Assembly: GCA_019058445.1 (NCBI GenBank)
Contig: JAHPZA010000001.1
Location: 1 to 64,000, forward strand
DNA: 64,000 nucleotides
Direction: 5' to 3'
Origin: Promethearchaeota archaeon
Lineage (GTDB): Archaea > Asgardarchaeota > Lokiarchaeia > Sigyniarchaeales > SOKP01
Position 1 is the first letter of the stretch. Each line of letters begins with the position of its first letter. A program made the translations under genes and the position numbers. Below, piece after piece: positions 60,901 to 64,000 of this stretch. A model generated the notes under the pieces. That model was not told the DNA's origin. It worked only from the letters and a program-made list of their open reading frames with translations, and searched no databases.

Positions 60901-61911
60901 AAATTGAAACAATTAGGGACTCTAAATGAAGTTTATGATATGAGATTAATACAGAATGTACTTCTATTGATATCAAATCCACTTGAAGTTGATTTAAATG
61001 ACAAAGACATAGAGATTAAATTACTTAAGCAAATCATTATTTGCCCAATGAACAAAAATAAAAAAATAATAGAGAATAAAAAGGAAAGATATTGGCATTT
61101 TATAGAGTCAAATTGGGATATTAATATTGCAAAGAAATACAGTGTATTAAAATATAATCAGGAACAGAAAGAAATCGTGAAGAATATAATAACTACGAAA
61201 CTTTCTAAAATTAAAGAAAATGGAATTGAAGAATATGGATCACTTCTTGTATTTCCTGAAAACTCAATTCCTTATGATAGTATTGAAGATTTAATTGATT
61301 ATGCTAAATCAAATAAAATTATAATTGTTGGTGGTATGGAGCATTCTAAAGTATCGGAAATTGAACTGAATTTAAATAAAATTAAGATAAAATATCCAAA
61401 TCGAATATTTACTGATAACTACAAAAAAATCGTTGCAGATCAAGAAATTAATGATGATATATTTATCAATCAAGCCATTATCATTAATGCTGATCAGTTC
61501 ATTTGCTTTCAAATTAAAAATGTGCCTTTTTATCATTTAAAATCTAACTCTCAGGAGGGCATTCCAATAATATTTAATCCTTACTTTAAGAAAATTAAGA
61601 CTGTTGTAGGGAATGTGTCGGTATTTATTTGTAAAGATTTTTTAGTAAATTATGAGATTATTGACAAATGGATGGATAAAAATAATATCAGAACAATTGT
61701 TATTCCCTCATTTACGGGATTGGTTAATCCTTTTAGAAATAAATTTGGAGATTTAATACACAACACCCAAAATACGGATAAATCTTTTATATTTGTTAAT
61801 ATGGCTGAATATGGAGGTTCTGGAATATATAATTATAAAAATGAAAGAGATTTTGAACCTGGAGAAGATGGTCCATTTAAATCTCAGGATGAAAAATGCC
61901 GTTTTTTTTAA
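57931..61911 (+). CDS. Large protein: unknown N-terminal region + ABC-type (AAA_15/AAA_21-like) ATPase + carbon-nitrogen hydrolase (nitrilase) domain
   Basis: Walker A GKNNSGKT (aa ~606), YGSG signature, ILIDEPEISLHP, IATQS; nitrilase triad FPE (E1110), QIK (K1196), ICKDF (C1234). Confidence 0.8.
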   Translation: MTNPTIYEVASKLKPSYKYIDFRAAYYKDENNNLKHIVSVFRFTNKEWDDIDLIHTNLKANFENSDLFHIEFEILSLDQWESKWNEINDMLLSIQKNFNLNQLKLDKNIRNRRYTPWISENDLEFNSIQFNILIESPQAHHNKFQFLLGHEDLRSKGYESIYPIISKELQIKEYNINTPLYSTFIFPIYSNISNLNFTNRYLVGDIEFNEIYQNSRIFIEYYLRGQSIGRIGEFLIEDRKDEIQDENSILNKKLHFRIFIDQKELENEPLNSLLLIKFYFQPLNLNVLEYESYYDSIRTQIKNIDILPQDLLKVINPILEFNLIERREFHEKSKKYIKELNLGEIKLKFQILKSNIEWLENNENKKILNDFFISAANQNNVGYFNVFRELIIFIFDSTIKQKLIEDNDLISRINDFIIQFNIIASYDYKLYSYNESLEKIHDKIKYIYDKYFRREPKCHSIVDNYFLETYNIEFPNLFLECHYAITEDMDCVVHLIYNNPKHFDYNNIYIHFWIFTGKNKENIWADLDKNTLGNISRFINEILNLHLIELKSKIDIPYQFKIGPSIKKEQLSEEDLLWIKQDRFSLVKWKFEGKDYDFKRFNIFVGKNNSGKTYALEKIYLERESLKIDNPSIRDNFKDNYRPHESIEFFFIPKSRVLDSHIGKRKNPINALINFFQSLDKLKSNPIYENTQAKEFSEQYEDYRMSNIWKIPNFLQLIDLCSYDYKNDSRLESGDIQLINSNQGEILFRHLEKTYQKWVDKIEHFFPDIRINRVKDKGVEGDIQIEIEDKVLNRKIYNWEEYGSGTHELFNLIFLIEFLKCVPAINSNQFKLLLANQLDLTNKSDYFIAPVRNNRVILIDEPEISLHPSLQKDFFQYLYDSSQLIQIFIATQSSHFLEIRGFEEKLNKDIAVFLCKKESKLSNKFLKIPINKLNYIKIIDEIFNYNPLDTAFYLSKNNYQHLLNADFEVFELDMIKRLQSNRSDYDSNFNKLKQLGTLNEVYDMRLIQNVLLLISNPLEVDLNDKDIEIKLLKQIIICPMNKNKKIIENKKERYWHFIESNWDINIAKKYSVLKYNQEQKEIVKNIITTKLSKIKENGIEEYGSLLVFPENSIPYDSIEDLIDYAKSNKIIIVGGMEHSKVSEIELNLNKIKIKYPNRIFTDNYKKIVADQEINDDIFINQAIIINADQFICFQIKNVPFYHLKSNSQEGIPIIFNPYFKKIKTVVGNVSVFICKDFLVNYEIIDKWMDKNNIRTIVIPSFTGLVNPFRNKFGDLIHNTQNTDKSFIFVNMAEYGGSGIYNYKNERDFEPGEDGPFKSQDEKCRFF

Positions 61912-62196
61912 TTAGTTATATAATAAGAATATATCATTATCATTAAACAACAAGAGTAAATATTTTATTAGGTCTTTCTAATATTCTTCTCTTATTTTAT
62001 AGTTAAATTATATTATGAATGCAAATCGGAGTTTTTCTAACGATATCAATATTTAACAATTTATATATCTATGAAGTATTTTTACCCTTGATAAAATTTT
62101 AATTATTAAGATTTTAACATAAAGACTTTACTTAATTTTTTAAATAAGAGTTAGATATTAATAAAACTGAAAATATTTGTATGTGGATGTAATACA

Positions 62197-63087
62197 ATGA
62201 AAATAATTCCGAAAATGGTTAATAGTCATGTGAACTTTCAAAATCTTGGAATTAGAGAAGATGAAATTGAAGATCTTAAGTATATGATCGAAAAACATGA
62301 GGAATTCAATGAAAATCTTGAGATTATTATAACTAAAAATTTAATACAAGATATAATTAAAGAAGATTTTAGAATTCGGGAAAAAATTCGTGAGAATATA
62401 AATTCTTTTCGCTTAGATATTGCTCTTGGGAGATCTATCTCTAAAGAAGAATTATATAGTGAATATCAAGATATAAAAATATGTTATTGTACACATAAAA
62501 ACAACTTTAATGCAACGATTCTCATAATTTTCCATGAATTATCTCATTTTAATGACTACTTTGATATTGATTATGATGATAAAAAGAAATGGATTAGTGG
62601 TACTATAAGTATATCAAAAAATTTACAATTATACGTAAAAACCATATTAAACGAATTTTATGCAGAATATAATGTTGTAAAATTAATCAATAACCTCTCG
62701 AGATATAAAAGATTTAAAAATGATTTAGAAAATCTGGCAAATTCTTTTCTTTATAATGCAAATAATCTTTATTTTGATAAATTAGTATACCAAAATAAGC
62801 TTTCAAATATGGAATTAATGAACCTTTATTTTGAAAAGGGTTTTAAAAACTTATTTCATTTTTTAGGTTTAATGCGAGGTTTCGATGATATCACAGAAGA
62901 TTTAAATTTACAGGATTCTTGGCAAGAATTTATTCAAAATAACAATCTTTTCAGTTCAAATTTTCTAAAATCTTTGAAGTCTGAATTATTTAAAAATTTT
63001 AATAAACAAAAGGAAATGATTGAAACCACTATACTCAATATGCTTAAAGAATATTTTAAGAGAAATCATAATATTGAATTTGGCTAA
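62197..63087 (+). CDS. Putative zincin-like metallopeptidase
   Basis: IFHELSHF (HExxH) with a downstream NEFYAE third-ligand motif. Confidence 0.6.
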   Translation: MKIIPKMVNSHVNFQNLGIREDEIEDLKYMIEKHEEFNENLEIIITKNLIQDIIKEDFRIREKIRENINSFRLDIALGRSISKEELYSEYQDIKICYCTHKNNFNATILIIFHELSHFNDYFDIDYDDKKKWISGTISISKNLQLYVKTILNEFYAEYNVVKLINNLSRYKRFKNDLENLANSFLYNANNLYFDKLVYQNKLSNMELMNLYFEKGFKNLFHFLGLMRGFDDITEDLNLQDSWQEFIQNNNLFSSNFLKSLKSELFKNFNKQKEMIETTILNMLKEYFKRNHNIEFG

Positions 63088-63472
63088 AAAACATATAGAT
63101 TATTGAGTAAAATATAATTAATTAATATCATGGAAGATTGAATGAACATTTAGATATACAACAATATTTCTTTTTAGGTAATATCTTCCTTTCTTTGCGA
63201 TTTTTCAATATCTAAAACAAAATTATTATCTTTTTTTATACTCATATTATTCATAATATCAACAGGGAGAAAAGCAAATAGTATTTTTTATAGTCAATAA
63301 GTAATTGAACAAGTCTAAACACAATTAATAAGTAATATAGGAATATACAAGGTTTTGTTTCTTTAAAATAACAATTATTGCATAATTATTATGTAATATT
63401 TAAATTTTTAAAACAACATACTATTAGCCCCACAAATAGATAAATCCAACTTAAATATAACAGCTTATATTC

Positions 63473-63649
63473 ATGAACGGTTACCGATGTCCACGCTGTA
63501 AAAATACCGAAATTATTGATTATGGAAATAGGTTTGACTGTCCGTTATGTGAGCTTGAATTTGAGGAAAAAGATACTGATGAGTTTAAGAATGAGGGTGT
63601 ATCCTTGCAATTAAAGAAAAGTTACGATTATAAAAGAACTAAAGAATGA
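63473..63649 (+). CDS. 58-aa C4 zinc-finger microprotein
   Basis: Manual translation MNGYRCPRCKNTEIIDYGNRFDCPLCELEF...; below the track cutoff. Confidence 0.65.
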   Translation: MNGYRCPRCKNTEIIDYGNRFDCPLCELEFEEKDTDEFKNEGVSLQLKKSYDYKRTKE

Positions 63650-63797
63650 AAATTGATTTAATAAGAAACATTCGATATCAAAATTATTGTATTTTTTAGG
63701 TAAATTTATTGAAGTTTCCAAAAGTTATAATCAATTGCAAATTTTTTTTAAAAATTTCAAATCTTAGTTCATTATTCATTCTCATGGATATAGAGAG

Positions 63798-63998
63798 TTA
63801 CCATTTAATTCTTAAAATCTTAAAGTCTCTTTCTCTTATAATAATACATTCAGAATTTTGTTCTTCATCATAAAATACATTTACCCCTGAAGATCCCTCT
63901 GGAAGCAAGTAAAAATTTTCTGTCTTTCGTTCCCCTCTATAATGGACTTCATAGATATAGTTTCTAGTTTTATTTTGAACATCTGGTCTTATTCTATC
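63798..63998 (-). CDS. 3' end of a gene with PD-(D/E)xK-like motif, truncated by window edge
   Basis: Manual translation DRIRPDVQNKTRNYIYEVHYRG...RIKW*. Confidence 0.4.
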   Translation of the reverse strand, partial: DRIRPDVQNKTRNYIYEVHYRGERKTENFYLLPEGSSGVNVFYDEEQNSECIIIRERDFKILRIKW

Positions 63999-64000
63999 CC

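Overview
AT-rich archaeal genomic window, most likely from an Asgard archaeon (Lokiarchaeia/Promethearchaeia-like). This rests on the archaeal information-processing genes, a profilin-like gene and BHB-intron tRNAs. Roughly 1-53 kb is mostly core or metabolic: redox enzymes, a PPi-type PFK, a porGDAB operon, t6A/KEOPS genes, an ECF module, the proteasome-exosome superoperon, four tRNAs (three with introns, two at non-canonical sites), TFB, uL2, gatDE, Elp3, thiolase, pyrDK, nop5 and fibrillarin split by a uxuBA cassette, and RNase HII. Elements missing from the ORF track include a box C/D sRNA (28686-28747, -), two related end-paired structured RNA candidates sharing a GGAG(G/A)AGGGCAAAATC motif (40491-40604 and 55286-55417), and several small ORFs. 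Two tandem RHH-HisKA-REC proteins lacking an ATPase domain lie divergent from a TFB gene. From about 53.1 kb to the window end is an even more AT-rich accessory island that looks defence-like: two HEPN (RxxxxH) proteins around the structured RNA, a 2TM protein, a 1326-aa ABC-ATPase-nitrilase fusion, an HExxH peptidase, a Zn-finger microprotein and a truncated PD-(D/E)xK-like gene. All calls are by-eye motif recognition; no searches were run.
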